Assembly (NCBI GenBank): GCA_013203315.1
Contig: JABMQJ010000016.1
Location: 12,245-76,244, forward strand
Length of the DNA stretch: 64,000 nt
Reading direction: 5' to 3'
From: Candidatus Omnitrophota bacterium
Lineage (GTDB): Bacteria > Omnitrophota > Gorgyraeia > JABMRN01 > RBG-13-46-9
Shown here piece by piece: positions 38,966-49,543 of the stretch (position 1 is the stretch's first letter; each line of letters begins with the position of its first letter). Made by a program: the position numbers and the translations under genes. The notes under the pieces were generated by a model. That model ran no database searches and had not been told where the DNA came from. It saw nothing but the letters and a program-made list of their open reading frames with translations.

Positions 38966-40168
38966 ATGAACAGTGTAACGTTAAAAAAAATAGTTTTCGT
39001 TTTTCTGATCTTATGCGGCTTTGCGTATTTTAACGTATGCGATAAGGCTAGTGCAGTGGACCGGGACGCGGAACTTTATAAACAGATCGAGTTATTTTCA
39101 GACGCTGTAACCATAATACGGTCGGACTACGTGGAAAACCCGGAGCCGAAAAAACTCGTGTACGGCGCGCTAAGCGGAATGCTTTCCTCGCTAGACGGAT
39201 ACAGCCAATTCTTAAACCCCGACGAGTTTAAGGAGATGCAGATAGAGACTAAAGGCGAATTCGGTGGCCTAGGCATTGAAATTGCCATGAGAGACAATAC
39301 GCTTACGGTCATAGCGCCGATGGACGGTACCCCGGCCCACAAAGCCGGTATAAAGGCCGGAGATAAAATTATTAAAATCGACGGGGAGATGACGCAGAAT
39401 ATTACCCTTACGGGTGCTGTAAAAAAATTAAGGGGCAAACCAAAAACAAAGGTTGTGCTTTCGATTTTGCGCAAAGGCGAAAAAGAGCTACTGGACATTA
39501 CCATTGTACGCAACGTTATCAAATTGAAAAGCATAAAGACTGCGAAGATGCTGGATGGTGAACTGGGATATATTAAACTGATAGAGTTTCAGGAGAAAAC
39601 TCCGGATGACCTGGAAAAAGCGCTTTTAGTATTAAGAGAAAAGGGGATGAAAGGACTAATTCTTGACGTGCGTAATAATCCTGGCGGTCTTCTGGACACG
39701 GCCTATGAAGTTTCAAATAAGTTTTTACCGGAAGGCAAAGTTATAGTATCGCTTGATGGCCGCGTTCCGAAACAAAACAAAACATATAAATCTCGCGGAA
39801 AAACAAATTTCGCCGATCTTCCCATGGTTGTCCTTATTAACAAAGGATCAGCCAGCGCCTCTGAAATTGTCGCGGGGGCAATGCAGGACAATAAGCGCGC
39901 AGCGATTGTGGGTACTCCTTCATTCGGTAAGGGCTCGGTCCAGACCGTCGTGCCGCTAGGTGACGGCTCTGCGGTTAGGCTAACTACCGCTGCCTACCAC
40001 ACGCCGAGTGGACGCGTAATAAGCAATAAAGGCATAATTCCTGATATCGAGATAGAACCTGATGAAGAACCCGATGGAGCTGAGTCCGATACCCCTGTAA
40101 AAGATAATCAACTACAGGCCGCCATAGATGTCTTACAGCAGGAAGTAGCAGCCAAAACCAAGGGCTAG
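38966..40168 (+). CDS. ctpA: Carboxy-terminal processing protease (S41)
   Basis: GEFGGLGI PDZ, DVRNNPGG, SASASEI, FGKGSVQ. Confidence 0.93.
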   Translation: MNSVTLKKIVFVFLILCGFAYFNVCDKASAVDRDAELYKQIELFSDAVTIIRSDYVENPEPKKLVYGALSGMLSSLDGYSQFLNPDEFKEMQIETKGEFGGLGIEIAMRDNTLTVIAPMDGTPAHKAGIKAGDKIIKIDGEMTQNITLTGAVKKLRGKPKTKVVLSILRKGEKELLDITIVRNVIKLKSIKTAKMLDGELGYIKLIEFQEKTPDDLEKALLVLREKGMKGLILDVRNNPGGLLDTAYEVSNKFLPEGKVIVSLDGRVPKQNKTYKSRGKTNFADLPMVVLINKGSASASEIVAGAMQDNKRAAIVGTPSFGKGSVQTVVPLGDGSAVRLTTAAYHTPSGRVISNKGIIPDIEIEPDEEPDGAESDTPVKDNQLQAAIDVLQQEVAAKTKG

Positions 40169-40229
40169 TGCACATAGGATAGTATTATATGTTATTTACT
40201 TGCGTCCAATATGTTTGTAAGGTATACTT

Positions 40230-41222
40230 ATGATAACTACATTAGGCGTCGAAACCTCCTGCGATGAAACAGCAATAGCCGTGATCCAAGAGGGTAGGAT
40301 ATTGTCCAGCATTGTGTCATCCAGCGTCCCGTTACATGAAAAATTCGGGGGCGTAATTCCGGAGATAGCATCGAGATACCATATTGAATATATTAACAAA
40401 GTAGCAAAAAAAGCCTTGAGGAAAGCAAAAATTACTTTTGATGATTTGGATTTGATCGCCGCAACGGAAACACCCGGGCTTCCGGGCTCTCTCCTGGTGG
40501 GGCTATCGTTTGCCAAGGCAATGAGCTATGCGCTAGATTTACCGCTTGTAAACGTAAACCATCTACACGCTCATCTTTTTGCTAACTTTCTATCTAAAGA
40601 CTCCGAGCGGCTCAAATTTCCGTTTGTTGGTTGCGTGGTTTCTGGCGGCCACACAAATATTTTTATCGTGAGGTCCCTTAAAGATTTCGAGCTAATCGGC
40701 AAGACAAAGGATGATGCTATCGGAGAGGCATTTGATAAGGTTGCGAAGGTTTTGGGTATCGGATATCCCGGCGGGCCAAAAATCGAAAAATATGCTAGAA
40801 TTTTCGCGCGCCCGACTTTCGTGCCAGGCAAATCGAATAAGCCGATCAACTTTCCCAGGGCCTACATGGACAACGATTCCTTCGATTTTAGCTTAAGTGG
40901 AATAAAGACCGCCGTTCTTTATCATGTTAAGAAAAAAAGGATTTCCAGACGAGAAATTTCAAGAATATCCTGGTCTTTTCAGGAGGCTGTGTTTGACGTC
41001 CTGGCGGAACGCGTGGAAAAGGCCTGTAAAAAGTTTAAGATTAAAAACGTTTTCTTCGGAGGAGGCGTTATTTCGAACAGACGATTGCGCGCCAAATTCG
41101 AGCGTATTTCGGTAAATACGGGATACAAGTTTTTTTATCCGCCACCGGCGTTATGTGTAGATAATGCCGCTATGATTGCAGGCTTGGGCGAGATTTTATT
41201 TAAAAACAAAAACAGTAAATGA
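40230..41222 (+). CDS. tsaD: tRNA t6A synthesis protein TsaD
   Basis: GVETSCDET, PEIASRYH, NHLHAH, VSGGHT, DDAIGEAFDK, DNAAMI. Confidence 0.97.
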   Translation: MITTLGVETSCDETAIAVIQEGRILSSIVSSSVPLHEKFGGVIPEIASRYHIEYINKVAKKALRKAKITFDDLDLIAATETPGLPGSLLVGLSFAKAMSYALDLPLVNVNHLHAHLFANFLSKDSERLKFPFVGCVVSGGHTNIFIVRSLKDFELIGKTKDDAIGEAFDKVAKVLGIGYPGGPKIEKYARIFARPTFVPGKSNKPINFPRAYMDNDSFDFSLSGIKTAVLYHVKKKRISRREISRISWSFQEAVFDVLAERVEKACKKFKIKNVFFGGGVISNRRLRAKFERISVNTGYKFFYPPPALCVDNAAMIAGLGEILFKNKNSK

Positions 41223-41235
41223 AAGGGGGTAACGC

Positions 41236-41772
41236 ATGGCTCTTAGAAGGAAGCATGAGGTTCCGAAGGAAAAAGTTCTGGAGGTGGATGCAAGCATGCA
41301 AGGCACGCTTACATTCAAAGACCCGGTAAACTTAAGGATTAACGGTAAGTTTGAAGGAAAGCTCCTCACGAAAGGCAGTCTTACAGTCGGCGAACACGCC
41401 GTTGTAAACGCTGATATTACCGGCGATGTTATAACTGTTGCCGGTAGGGTTAATGGCGACATCAAGGCCTCTGTGGAGTTGAACCTGATAGCGCCCGCGT
41501 TCGTTGTGGGGGATATAAAGGCTCCTGCTCTTCGCATCGCACAGGGTGCTATTATCGAAGGTTATTGTAACATGATTTCAGACAGGAAGGGCGGAGAACC
41601 CGCTTCTGACATGCTTACGATTGACCAGGTTGCCAAGTTTTTGGAAGTTGACACGAACGTAATTACCGAGTGGGCTGATACCGGTAAGCTCCCGGCCGTC
41701 AAGGACGGTTCCAGATGGAGTTTTGAAAGATCTAAAATTGAGGAATGGCTCACAAGCGAAAAAATAAAGTAA
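41236..41772 (+). CDS. Bactofilin fused to a C-terminal excisionase-like (HTH_17) domain
   Basis: Beta-helix pattern LRINGKFEG...LTVG...ITVAGRVNGDI...GAIIEG, then LTIDQVAKFLEV...WADTGKLPAVK...W.F. Confidence 0.85.
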   Translation: MALRRKHEVPKEKVLEVDASMQGTLTFKDPVNLRINGKFEGKLLTKGSLTVGEHAVVNADITGDVITVAGRVNGDIKASVELNLIAPAFVVGDIKAPALRIAQGAIIEGYCNMISDRKGGEPASDMLTIDQVAKFLEVDTNVITEWADTGKLPAVKDGSRWSFERSKIEEWLTSEKIK

Positions 41773-41798
41773 ACCAGAAATAGTAACTTAATTAAATT

Positions 41799-42146
41799 AT
41801 GCCCGATAAACTCTTTACGATAGAGGAGGCGGCTATCCTGCTCGGGGTGCCGGAAGACCGCATTAAAAAGCTTGTCAGTAACGGCAGCTTGCCGGCTTAT
41901 AAGATTGGCGGTCGATTTCTTCGGTTCAGGAGGGAGCAAATAGAAGCTATTAGGTATGAGATTCATGATAAGTTTGGCGCCAAGGTGGTGGAGCGGGCCT
42001 CAAGGGACTATCTCCAAAAAACCAAAGGCGTAGTATACCCGCAGTCGCTTCTCGATAGAATTTTGGATTTCTTTTATTTCAACGACTTTTATGTTGTTGC
42101 TGCCGCGCTGGCATGCTTGATTTTGTTGTTCATATTTAAGGGATAG
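41799..42146 (+). CDS. HTH_17 (excisionase/BldC-like) protein with C-terminal TM anchor
   Basis: FTIEEAAILLGV...GSLPAYKIGGRFLRF; hydrophobic C-terminus. Confidence 0.82.
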   Translation: MPDKLFTIEEAAILLGVPEDRIKKLVSNGSLPAYKIGGRFLRFRREQIEAIRYEIHDKFGAKVVERASRDYLQKTKGVVYPQSLLDRILDFFYFNDFYVVAAALACLILLFIFKG

Positions 42147-43097
42147 ATGCTTAAGGTAACCTTTCTACGATTATTCCCCTTATGTTTTTTTATTTGCGCC
42201 ATGACTGCTTTCGCCGACACGGTCTATCTGGAAAACGGCGAGAAAATGAAAGGCGTAATAGTAGAAGAATACCACGATAGGGTCGTTATCTCGACCCATG
42301 AAGGCGAAAAAAGTATTCTTAAAAAAGACATCCACACCATCTCCTACGATCTGGTTGAGCAAAACCTTGTGGTCCTTGGTGATTCGTATGCCGACCGCAA
42401 TAAACATGGAGAAGCCTACTTTTATTATAAAAAAGCCGTCAAAATAAATCCGAAATATAAAATTGCGCGTGACAAAATGAACTTTACGGCAGGGCAGGCG
42501 TTCCGTCAATCACAAAAAGAGAAGCGGGACGCTGTGAAGCGAAGGCAGGAGATCGAGGATTCATCGAGGCCCTTGCCTTACGAAGAAAAAGATTTTAAAA
42601 AAGAGCTTGAACAAAAAATCGGTATAATCATCGCTGAAGAAGGCGATAGCGTAAAGATAATAAATGTTACCGATGACAGCGCGGCGGACGACGCCGGCTT
42701 ACGGCCCGGCGATACGCTAATTTCTGCCTGGGGCCGCTTTACCGATTACATGTCAAAAGAAAATGTAAGCCGCCTTTTACTGGAAAGTCTGGGCGAGATT
42801 AAAATAGATATCCAGCGGGACGTCGTCTTAAAAAAAGAAAGCCCGGCTGCGATATTTTATAAAGATATTATAGGCGGAAAATTGGATATGCTAAGAGACG
42901 GCCTGACCATCGTGGATTTAAAAGAAGGGTCCCCCGGACAAGAGGCGGGCCTCAGTAAAGACGATTTGATCATTGCCATAAACGGCGCCTCGACTCGTTA
43001 TATGCCGCTTTCGGATGCAATTAAGATAATTGAAAACAAAAAAACGGGCGCGATAAAATTTACCGTAAGAAGGGACGCGACTATATGGAGGAAGTAG
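42147..43097 (+). CDS. Exported protein with TPR-like helix pair and two PDZ domains
   Basis: Signal peptide, ADTVYLENG, SAADDAGLRPGD and SPGQEAGLSKDDLIIAING. Confidence 0.78.
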   Translation: MLKVTFLRLFPLCFFICAMTAFADTVYLENGEKMKGVIVEEYHDRVVISTHEGEKSILKKDIHTISYDLVEQNLVVLGDSYADRNKHGEAYFYYKKAVKINPKYKIARDKMNFTAGQAFRQSQKEKRDAVKRRQEIEDSSRPLPYEEKDFKKELEQKIGIIIAEEGDSVKIINVTDDSAADDAGLRPGDTLISAWGRFTDYMSKENVSRLLLESLGEIKIDIQRDVVLKKESPAAIFYKDIIGGKLDMLRDGLTIVDLKEGSPGQEAGLSKDDLIIAINGASTRYMPLSDAIKIIENKKTGAIKFTVRRDATIWRK

Positions 43098-43099
43098 GA

Positions 43100-43537
43100 A
43101 TGGAAAAGAGGCTCTACAAGAGAACCCGATACATTGTCAAAGCAAAATTCCAGATGAAATATGTTGGCTTACTTCTTTTAGTTGCGCTTGCAAGCGCAAC
43201 TATTTCCGGATATACGATATATTATAACTCATGGGTTCTTTTAGGGGAAAAACTCGCAAACGTCTACCCGCAGGGAAGACTCATGGAGATTTTTAAATCC
43301 GTAAACATTAAACTGGCCGTTAGTATGGTTTTTGTTTCAATGATTTGCATAGGGATAGGGATTTTGGCATCACACAAGATCGCGGGCCCCGTTCACAGGA
43401 TGGTAATGTTTCTAGACAGCTTAACGGCTGGCGATTACAGTAAGCGTCTGTTCTTAAGGAAGAAAGATGAATTGAAGGACCTGGCAGAGGCCATAAACAG
43501 GCTGACAGTCGAACTGGATAAGAAAAAAAAGGCTTGA
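43100..43537 (+). CDS. Two-TM plus HAMP protein with no output domain
   Basis: FQMKY, two TMs, SHKIAGP...GDYS...LRKKDELKDLA; ends after HAMP. Confidence 0.78.
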   Translation: MEKRLYKRTRYIVKAKFQMKYVGLLLLVALASATISGYTIYYNSWVLLGEKLANVYPQGRLMEIFKSVNIKLAVSMVFVSMICIGIGILASHKIAGPVHRMVMFLDSLTAGDYSKRLFLRKKDELKDLAEAINRLTVELDKKKKA

Positions 43538-43562
43538 CAGTATCAATGGGATGTGTTATTTT
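43534..43562 (+). promoter_or_regulatory. Promoter of polA
   Basis: TTGACA-17 bp-TATTTT with TG extension. Confidence 0.55.
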
Positions 43563-43663
43563 GTTTCACGATCACTTAGCTACTAAGTTCTTTCAGCTAA
43601 AGCAGTTACAAAAGGCCCAACCTAGTTTGTAATAATCGAAAATCAAATCTGATGTATTAATCC

Positions 43664-46339
43664 ATGCCTGATAGCTCAAACAAAAAATTTTTTCTGATTG
43701 ACGGTAACTCATTTTGCTACAGGGCCTATTACGCCATAAGGCACCTGTCTAACTCCAAGGGGCAAGCCACGAATGCTATCTATGGGGTTATTGCGATGAT
43801 CAGAAAGATTATCAAGGATGAAAAACCCGACATGCTAGCTGTTGCATTTGACTTAAAGGGGCCGACATTCAGGCACGAAAAATTTAAGGACTATAAGGCA
43901 ACGCGAAAGCCCATGCCAGATGACCTGGCCAGTCAATTGCCGTACATAAAGAAGATTGTGAAAGCCTACAATATACCCATTTACGAAATGCAGGGGTACG
44001 AGGCGGACGATGTCCTGGCGACCCTTGCCGAAAAGTGCGCCAAGGCAAGGAATATAGACACCTTTTTGGTTACAAGTGACAAAGATGCGATGCAGCTTGT
44101 AGGGTCCCGCATAAAAGTTTATAGCCCGCACAAGGATGGCATGGTCTATGGCGAAAAAGAGGTTAAGGAAAGGTTCGGAGTCGGGCCGGATAAGATAACC
44201 GATCTTATGGCGCTGATGGGAGACGCCTCGGACAATATTCCCGGCGTACCCGGCATAGGCGAAAAAACCGCAGTGGAGCTTATGAAGAAATTTGATAGTC
44301 TTGAAGACATTTTGAAGAATGTCCATAAGGTTAAAAGTCAGTCGCAGCGAAAAAAAATTGAGCAGTCAAAAGAACTTGCGCTTTTGAGTAAGAATCTTGC
44401 GACCGTTGACAGGAATGTCCCTATAGAGATGGACTTAGATGACCTGCGTATGCAGGAGCCAAATGAAAAGGCGCTTATAGAGCTTTTTACGGAACTAGAA
44501 TTCAAAAACCTATTAAAAGACATAACGCCGAAGCAAAAGCACGAGGGCGCTTACAATATTGTCGATAATAAAAAAAGTTTTATGAAATTAGTGCAAGCGT
44601 TGAAGAGTGTAAAGAGCTTTGCGTTTGATTTTGAGACAACCCACTACGACCCCATGCGTGCCGTACCATGCGGTGTATCGTTTTGCTGGAGCGAGGGGGA
44701 GGCTAGTTACATACCGCTTAATGCTCTTACGGATATATCTAAAGAGGAAGTTCTGGAAGGATTAAAGGGGATTTTTGAAAATAGCAATATAAAGAAAATC
44801 GGGCAGAACATAAAATACGATGCGTTGATTCTAAGAAATCTTGGCATTCCGGTAAAAGGCATCGCATTTGATACCATGGTCGCTTCATATCTTTTAAACC
44901 CGTCCAAATCACGGCATAATCTTGGCGATATAGCGTTTGAGCACCTGGGGCGCGTTATGGAGTCGATTGAGGATCTGATAGGGAAGGGCAAAAAGGCCAT
45001 TACCATGGATCAGGTTGACGTCCGAAAAGTCTGTGACTACTGTTGTGCGGATAGCGATGCCACATTTAGCGCCAAGGCAGTCCTTCTTAAAAAAATGGAG
45101 GAAAAAAACCTCGAAAAATTATTTTCTGACGTCGAAATGCCGCTTATTGATGTATTGGCCGACATGGAATTCTCAGGTGTAAGCATTGACACCAAATACC
45201 TTAATGCTCTTTCCGGGGATCTGGAAAAAGAGATTAAGAAGCTCGAGAAAATAATTTTTGAGCTTGCCGGAGAAAGTTTTAACATAAACTCGCCGAAGCA
45301 ACTCCAGGTTATACTTTTTGAAAAATTAAAAATGCCTGTCATAAAAAAGATAAAGACAGGCGCTTCGACAAACGAAGAAGTGCTGCGGATTTTATCTGAA
45401 AAAGAACGTCTACCAAAAGAAATTTTGCGTTATAGGACGCTGGCAAAATTAACCTCGACCTATGTCGATAGCCTGCCCACACTTATAAATCCGAAAACAG
45501 GGCGGATACACACCTCTTTCAATCAGACGGTAACCGCAACAGGCAGGCTTTCATCAAGCAATCCGAATGTGCAGAATATCCCCATAAAGACCGAAACCGG
45601 CAAGAAGATTCGCAAGGCCTTTGTTGCGGAGAAAAAAGAGCAGATAATACTCTCGGCGGATTATTCGCAGATAGAGCTTCGAATTTTAGCGCATCTTTCC
45701 GGAGACAGTAATCTCATCCAGGCCTTTAAAGAAGATAGAGACATTCACGCCTTTACCGCCTCCTTAATATACGGTCTTGATGAAAAAGATGTTGACCAAA
45801 AAATGAGAAGCGCGGCAAAAACAGTAAATTTCGGTATCGTCTACGGGATTAGCGCCTATGGCCTATCGCGGGACCTGGGGATTGATGTCCGCGAAGCCGC
45901 AAAGTTCATAGACTCCTATTTCGAGCGTTATCCCCTGGTAAAAACTTATCTGGAAGAAAAGGTAAAAGAAACAAGAGAACAGGGTTTTGTAACCACGATT
46001 CTCGGAAGGCGCCGCTATATACCGGAAATTAATTCGGAAAATGTTTCCGTGCGCAATTTTGCCGAACGCACGGCAGTAAATACGCCCATACAGGGATCAG
46101 CCGCGGACTTAATAAAGCTCGCAATGATCGAGATACATGGGTCGCTCGATGATTTTGACGCCAGGATGATCCTGCAAGTCCATGATGAGCTTGTTTTTGA
46201 AGTAGGGAAGAAGGATTTGAAAAAGTTTGCGAAAGTCGTAAAAAGAGGCATGGAAAATGTGATGAATCTAAAAGTGCCCATAACCGTGCGCCTTGAGGCC
46301 GGAAGCAACTGGCTTGAAATGGAGACTGTTGGGCTGTGA
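43664..46339 (+). CDS. polA: DNA polymerase I
   Basis: LIDGNS, EADD, GDASDNIPGV, DFETT exo motif, TGRLSS, DYSQIELR, QVHDEL. Confidence 0.98.
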   Translation: MPDSSNKKFFLIDGNSFCYRAYYAIRHLSNSKGQATNAIYGVIAMIRKIIKDEKPDMLAVAFDLKGPTFRHEKFKDYKATRKPMPDDLASQLPYIKKIVKAYNIPIYEMQGYEADDVLATLAEKCAKARNIDTFLVTSDKDAMQLVGSRIKVYSPHKDGMVYGEKEVKERFGVGPDKITDLMALMGDASDNIPGVPGIGEKTAVELMKKFDSLEDILKNVHKVKSQSQRKKIEQSKELALLSKNLATVDRNVPIEMDLDDLRMQEPNEKALIELFTELEFKNLLKDITPKQKHEGAYNIVDNKKSFMKLVQALKSVKSFAFDFETTHYDPMRAVPCGVSFCWSEGEASYIPLNALTDISKEEVLEGLKGIFENSNIKKIGQNIKYDALILRNLGIPVKGIAFDTMVASYLLNPSKSRHNLGDIAFEHLGRVMESIEDLIGKGKKAITMDQVDVRKVCDYCCADSDATFSAKAVLLKKMEEKNLEKLFSDVEMPLIDVLADMEFSGVSIDTKYLNALSGDLEKEIKKLEKIIFELAGESFNINSPKQLQVILFEKLKMPVIKKIKTGASTNEEVLRILSEKERLPKEILRYRTLAKLTSTYVDSLPTLINPKTGRIHTSFNQTVTATGRLSSSNPNVQNIPIKTETGKKIRKAFVAEKKEQIILSADYSQIELRILAHLSGDSNLIQAFKEDRDIHAFTASLIYGLDEKDVDQKMRSAAKTVNFGIVYGISAYGLSRDLGIDVREAAKFIDSYFERYPLVKTYLEEKVKETREQGFVTTILGRRRYIPEINSENVSVRNFAERTAVNTPIQGSAADLIKLAMIEIHGSLDDFDARMILQVHDELVFEVGKKDLKKFAKVVKRGMENVMNLKVPITVRLEAGSNWLEMETVGL

Positions 46340-46920
46340 AGCTGGTAGTAGGCATAACAGGAAATTTTGGAACAGGGAAAACAACCGTAGCTAATTTTTT
46401 TAAGGCTTGCGGGGCGCATGTTATTAATGCCGATAAAATTGTGCACGAAATATATAGGAATGATAAGCGTATCCAGAAAAAAATACGACAGACCTTTGGA
46501 AGCGGCGTTTTCCGAAAAGGCACCATTGATAGAGGCGAGCTTGCGCGGGCGGCATTTTCAAAAGGACGCCTCTTAGGAAAGCTATGCAATATAGTATATC
46601 CCGAAACAGTAAAAAAAATAAGCGAAAGACTTAAAAAATCAAAAAAATCTATTAATATCTTGGACGCGCCGATGTTAATAGAGTCAGGGCTCAATAATTA
46701 TGTGGATTATATTGTGGTGGTATGCGCAAGTAAAAGAAATCAGATGAGAAGATGTGCTTCGCTGGGATTTGCTCCCGATGAGATTGGGAAGCGGCTTCTA
46801 TTCCAAATGCCAAGCACTAAAAAAATAAAGTTTGCAGATTTTGTAATTAATAATAATCGCTCGAAAGAGCACGTAAGAAAGGAAGTAAAAAAGATATGGC
46901 GAAAGTTAAAGAGGAGGTAG
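46336..46920 (+). CDS. coaE: Dephospho-CoA kinase
   Basis: [30 protein letters not shown]. Confidence 0.93.
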   Translation: MKLVVGITGNFGTGKTTVANFFKACGAHVINADKIVHEIYRNDKRIQKKIRQTFGSGVFRKGTIDRGELARAAFSKGRLLGKLCNIVYPETVKKISERLKKSKKSINILDAPMLIESGLNNYVDYIVVVCASKRNQMRRCASLGFAPDEIGKRLLFQMPSTKKIKFADFVINNNRSKEHVRKEVKKIWRKLKRR

Positions 46921-46922
46921 GG

Positions 46923-48179
46923 ATGGATAATATTAATATCGAAAAATTAAAATCGCTTAACATGACCGAGCTAAACAAGGTCGCCAAGGGACTCAAAATA
47001 AATAATTTGGCAGGCCTTAAAAAACAGGACCTCATTTTTAAAATCCTTCAGGCGAAAACCGAGAAGGAAGGGCTAATATTCGGTGAAGGGGTGCTTGAAG
47101 TCCTTCCTGACGGATTTGGTTTTTTAAGAAGCCCCAAATATAACTACCTTCCCTGTCCCGATGACATTTATATTTCACCGTCGCAAATAAGAAGGTTTAG
47201 CTTGCGCACGGGGGATACGGTAAGCGGGCAAATACGGCCCCCGAAGGACGGGGAAAGATACTTCGCGCTTCTTAAAGTAGAAGCCGTAAACTTTGAAAAT
47301 CCGGAAAGTGCAAAAGATAAAATTCTGTTTGATAACCTAACGCCTCTGTATCCGAACGTGAGATATTCGCTGGAGACAGATCCGGAAGAGATCTCTATGC
47401 GAGTAATGGATCTCTTGACGCCGGTAGGCAAGGGCCAGCGCGGAATGATTGTCGCACAGCCATACAGCGGAAAGACGGTACTTCTACAGAAATTCGCCAA
47501 TAGTATAACGACAAATTATCCTGACGCTGTCTTGCTCGTATTGTTAATAGATGAAAGACCCGAAGAAGTAACAGACATGATAAGATCGGTAAAGGGAGAG
47601 GTTGTAAGCTCTACATTTGATGAACCGGCGGAAAGGCACACTCAGGTAGCAGAAATGGTCCTGGAAAAAGCAAAGAGGCTTGTAGAGCACAAAAGGGATG
47701 TTATAATACTTCTGGATTCAATAACAAGGCTAGCAAGGGCATATAACTCTGTCATGCCGCACTCAGGAAAAATACTCTCCGGTGGCGTAGACTCAAATGC
47801 GCTACAAAAACCGAAGAGGTTCCTCGGTGCCGCACGAAACATCGAAGAGGGCGGCTCGCTTACAATCATAGCAACAGCGCTTGTGGAAACAGGCTCCCGA
47901 ATGGACGAAGTTATATTCGAGGAATTTAAAGGAACGGGCAACATGGAGTTACAGTTAGACAGGACACTTTTCCAACGAAGAGTTTATCCTGCCATCGACA
48001 TTAAGAAGTCCAACACAAGAAAAGAAGAGCTTCTTGTCGAAAGCGACGAGCTCCAGAAAATATGGCTTATGCGCAAGGCCCTTAATGACTTAAGCAGCGT
48101 AGAGGCAATGGAGCTTTTAATCGAGAAACTCAAAAAAACAAAGACGAACAAAGAATTTTTAAAGTCACTAAACAAGTAA
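46923..48179 (+). CDS. rho: Transcription termination factor Rho
   Basis: [46 protein letters not shown]; start after GAGGAGG. Confidence 0.98.
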   Translation: MDNINIEKLKSLNMTELNKVAKGLKINNLAGLKKQDLIFKILQAKTEKEGLIFGEGVLEVLPDGFGFLRSPKYNYLPCPDDIYISPSQIRRFSLRTGDTVSGQIRPPKDGERYFALLKVEAVNFENPESAKDKILFDNLTPLYPNVRYSLETDPEEISMRVMDLLTPVGKGQRGMIVAQPYSGKTVLLQKFANSITTNYPDAVLLVLLIDERPEEVTDMIRSVKGEVVSSTFDEPAERHTQVAEMVLEKAKRLVEHKRDVIILLDSITRLARAYNSVMPHSGKILSGGVDSNALQKPKRFLGAARNIEEGGSLTIIATALVETGSRMDEVIFEEFKGTGNMELQLDRTLFQRRVYPAIDIKKSNTRKEELLVESDELQKIWLMRKALNDLSSVEAMELLIEKLKKTKTNKEFLKSLNK

Positions 48180-48189
48180 AGGAGGAGGA

Positions 48190-48471
48190 ATGAAACCTAA
48201 AATTCATCCGGAATACAAGGATACCGCTATCGTGTGCGCTTGCGGGGAAGTCATACAGACCAGGAGCACAAGGCAAAATATCCACATCGAGATCTGTTCA
48301 AAATGTCACCCGTTTTTTACCGGCAAACAAAAGCTAATTGACTCAGCCGGAAGGGTTGATAAATTCATGAAAAGATATGAAAAAAAACAGAAACCGAAAG
48401 CGAAGAAGGAAAAAATTGTCGAGCAAGATTCCCCCGCTAAAGAAGAAAAAGAAAAGCAGGAAAAAGAATAA
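48190..48471 (+). CDS. rpmE: 50S ribosomal protein L31 (Zn-binding type) with charged C-terminal tail
   Basis: [25 protein letters not shown]. Confidence 0.97.
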   Translation: MKPKIHPEYKDTAIVCACGEVIQTRSTRQNIHIEICSKCHPFFTGKQKLIDSAGRVDKFMKRYEKKQKPKAKKEKIVEQDSPAKEEKEKQEKE

Positions 48472-48477
48472 GAGAAG

Positions 48478-49539
48478 ATGAATAAGAAGTTAGAGGAAAA
48501 GTTAAAACGGTTCTCGGAACTTCAGGAATTGGTTATCGATCCCAAAATCATTTCCAATCAAAAGGAGTACAAAAAATACGCCAAGGAGATGTCGTCTTTA
48601 CAGAAGATAGTTTCGAAATACAACGAGTATCAAAAAATTGTTGACGAAATAACTTCGCTTGAAGCTGTACTAGGTGACACCGAGCAGGAGAAAGAATTTC
48701 TTAAGTTGGCGGAAGACGAACTCGAGTCCCATAAAGCCACCAGGGGCAAGCTCCAAGAAGAGTTGGAAGAACTTCTCCTCGAAAAAGACGAAAATGCAGA
48801 TAAGGACATCATAATGGAAATACGCCAGGGGACCGGTGGCGTAGAAGCTGCTTTATTTGCGCATGACCTCTTCAGGATGTATTCGAGATATGCGGCAAGG
48901 AAAGGCTGGAAGGTTGAAACCATATCTGCCAGTGTCACAGAAAAAGGCGGTTTTAAAGAGGCTATATTTTCGGTGTCCGGTGATGGCGTTTACGGTGACT
49001 TTAAGTATGAAAGCGGTACGCACAGAGTACAGCGCGTCCCTGCCACAGAGACTAGCGGTCGCATACATACCTCAGCGGCAACAGTAGCGGTACTACCGGA
49101 AGCTGAAGATGTCGACATGGAGATAAAACCGCAAGATTTGCGAATAGATGTTTTCAGGGCGGGTGGTAGAGGCGGCCAACATGTGAACGTTACTGATTCA
49201 GCGGTAAGAATCACACACATGCCAACGGGCCTTGTTGTGAGTTGCCAGGACGAAAGGTCCCAGTATAAAAATAAGGCAAAGGCGATGAGGGTACTGCGCG
49301 CGCGGCTTTTCGATAAGATAACACAGGATCAAAATAAGAAGCGATCCCGCGATCGCAAGCTGCAAGTTGGTTCGGGTGACAGGTCAGAGAAAATAAGAAC
49401 TTATAATTTTCCGGATAGGCGCGTAACAGATCATAGAATTGGATTTACAAAACATAACCTAGAAGGTGTTCTAAATGGCGCGCTTGACGAATTTATAGCT
49501 GCCTTAAGAGAGGCAGACCGCAAAGAGAGGATGAAGTAA
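48478..49539 (+). CDS. prfA: Peptide chain release factor 1
   Basis: [14 protein letters not shown] (PxT), [12 protein letters not shown]. Confidence 0.97.
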   Translation: MNKKLEEKLKRFSELQELVIDPKIISNQKEYKKYAKEMSSLQKIVSKYNEYQKIVDEITSLEAVLGDTEQEKEFLKLAEDELESHKATRGKLQEELEELLLEKDENADKDIIMEIRQGTGGVEAALFAHDLFRMYSRYAARKGWKVETISASVTEKGGFKEAIFSVSGDGVYGDFKYESGTHRVQRVPATETSGRIHTSAATVAVLPEAEDVDMEIKPQDLRIDVFRAGGRGGQHVNVTDSAVRITHMPTGLVVSCQDERSQYKNKAKAMRVLRARLFDKITQDQNKKRSRDRKLQVGSGDRSEKIRTYNFPDRRVTDHRIGFTKHNLEGVLNGALDEFIAALREADRKERMK

Positions 49540-49543
49540 GATT

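Noticed and set aside
40200-40228. Promoter TTGCGT-17-TATACT for tsaD
   Set aside because: The -10 ends 1 nt before the ATG, so transcription would start inside the gene
41590-42146. Prophage or ICE excisionases
   Set aside because: No integrase, att sites or phage genes; the HTHs are fused to bactofilin or a TM segment in a housekeeping context
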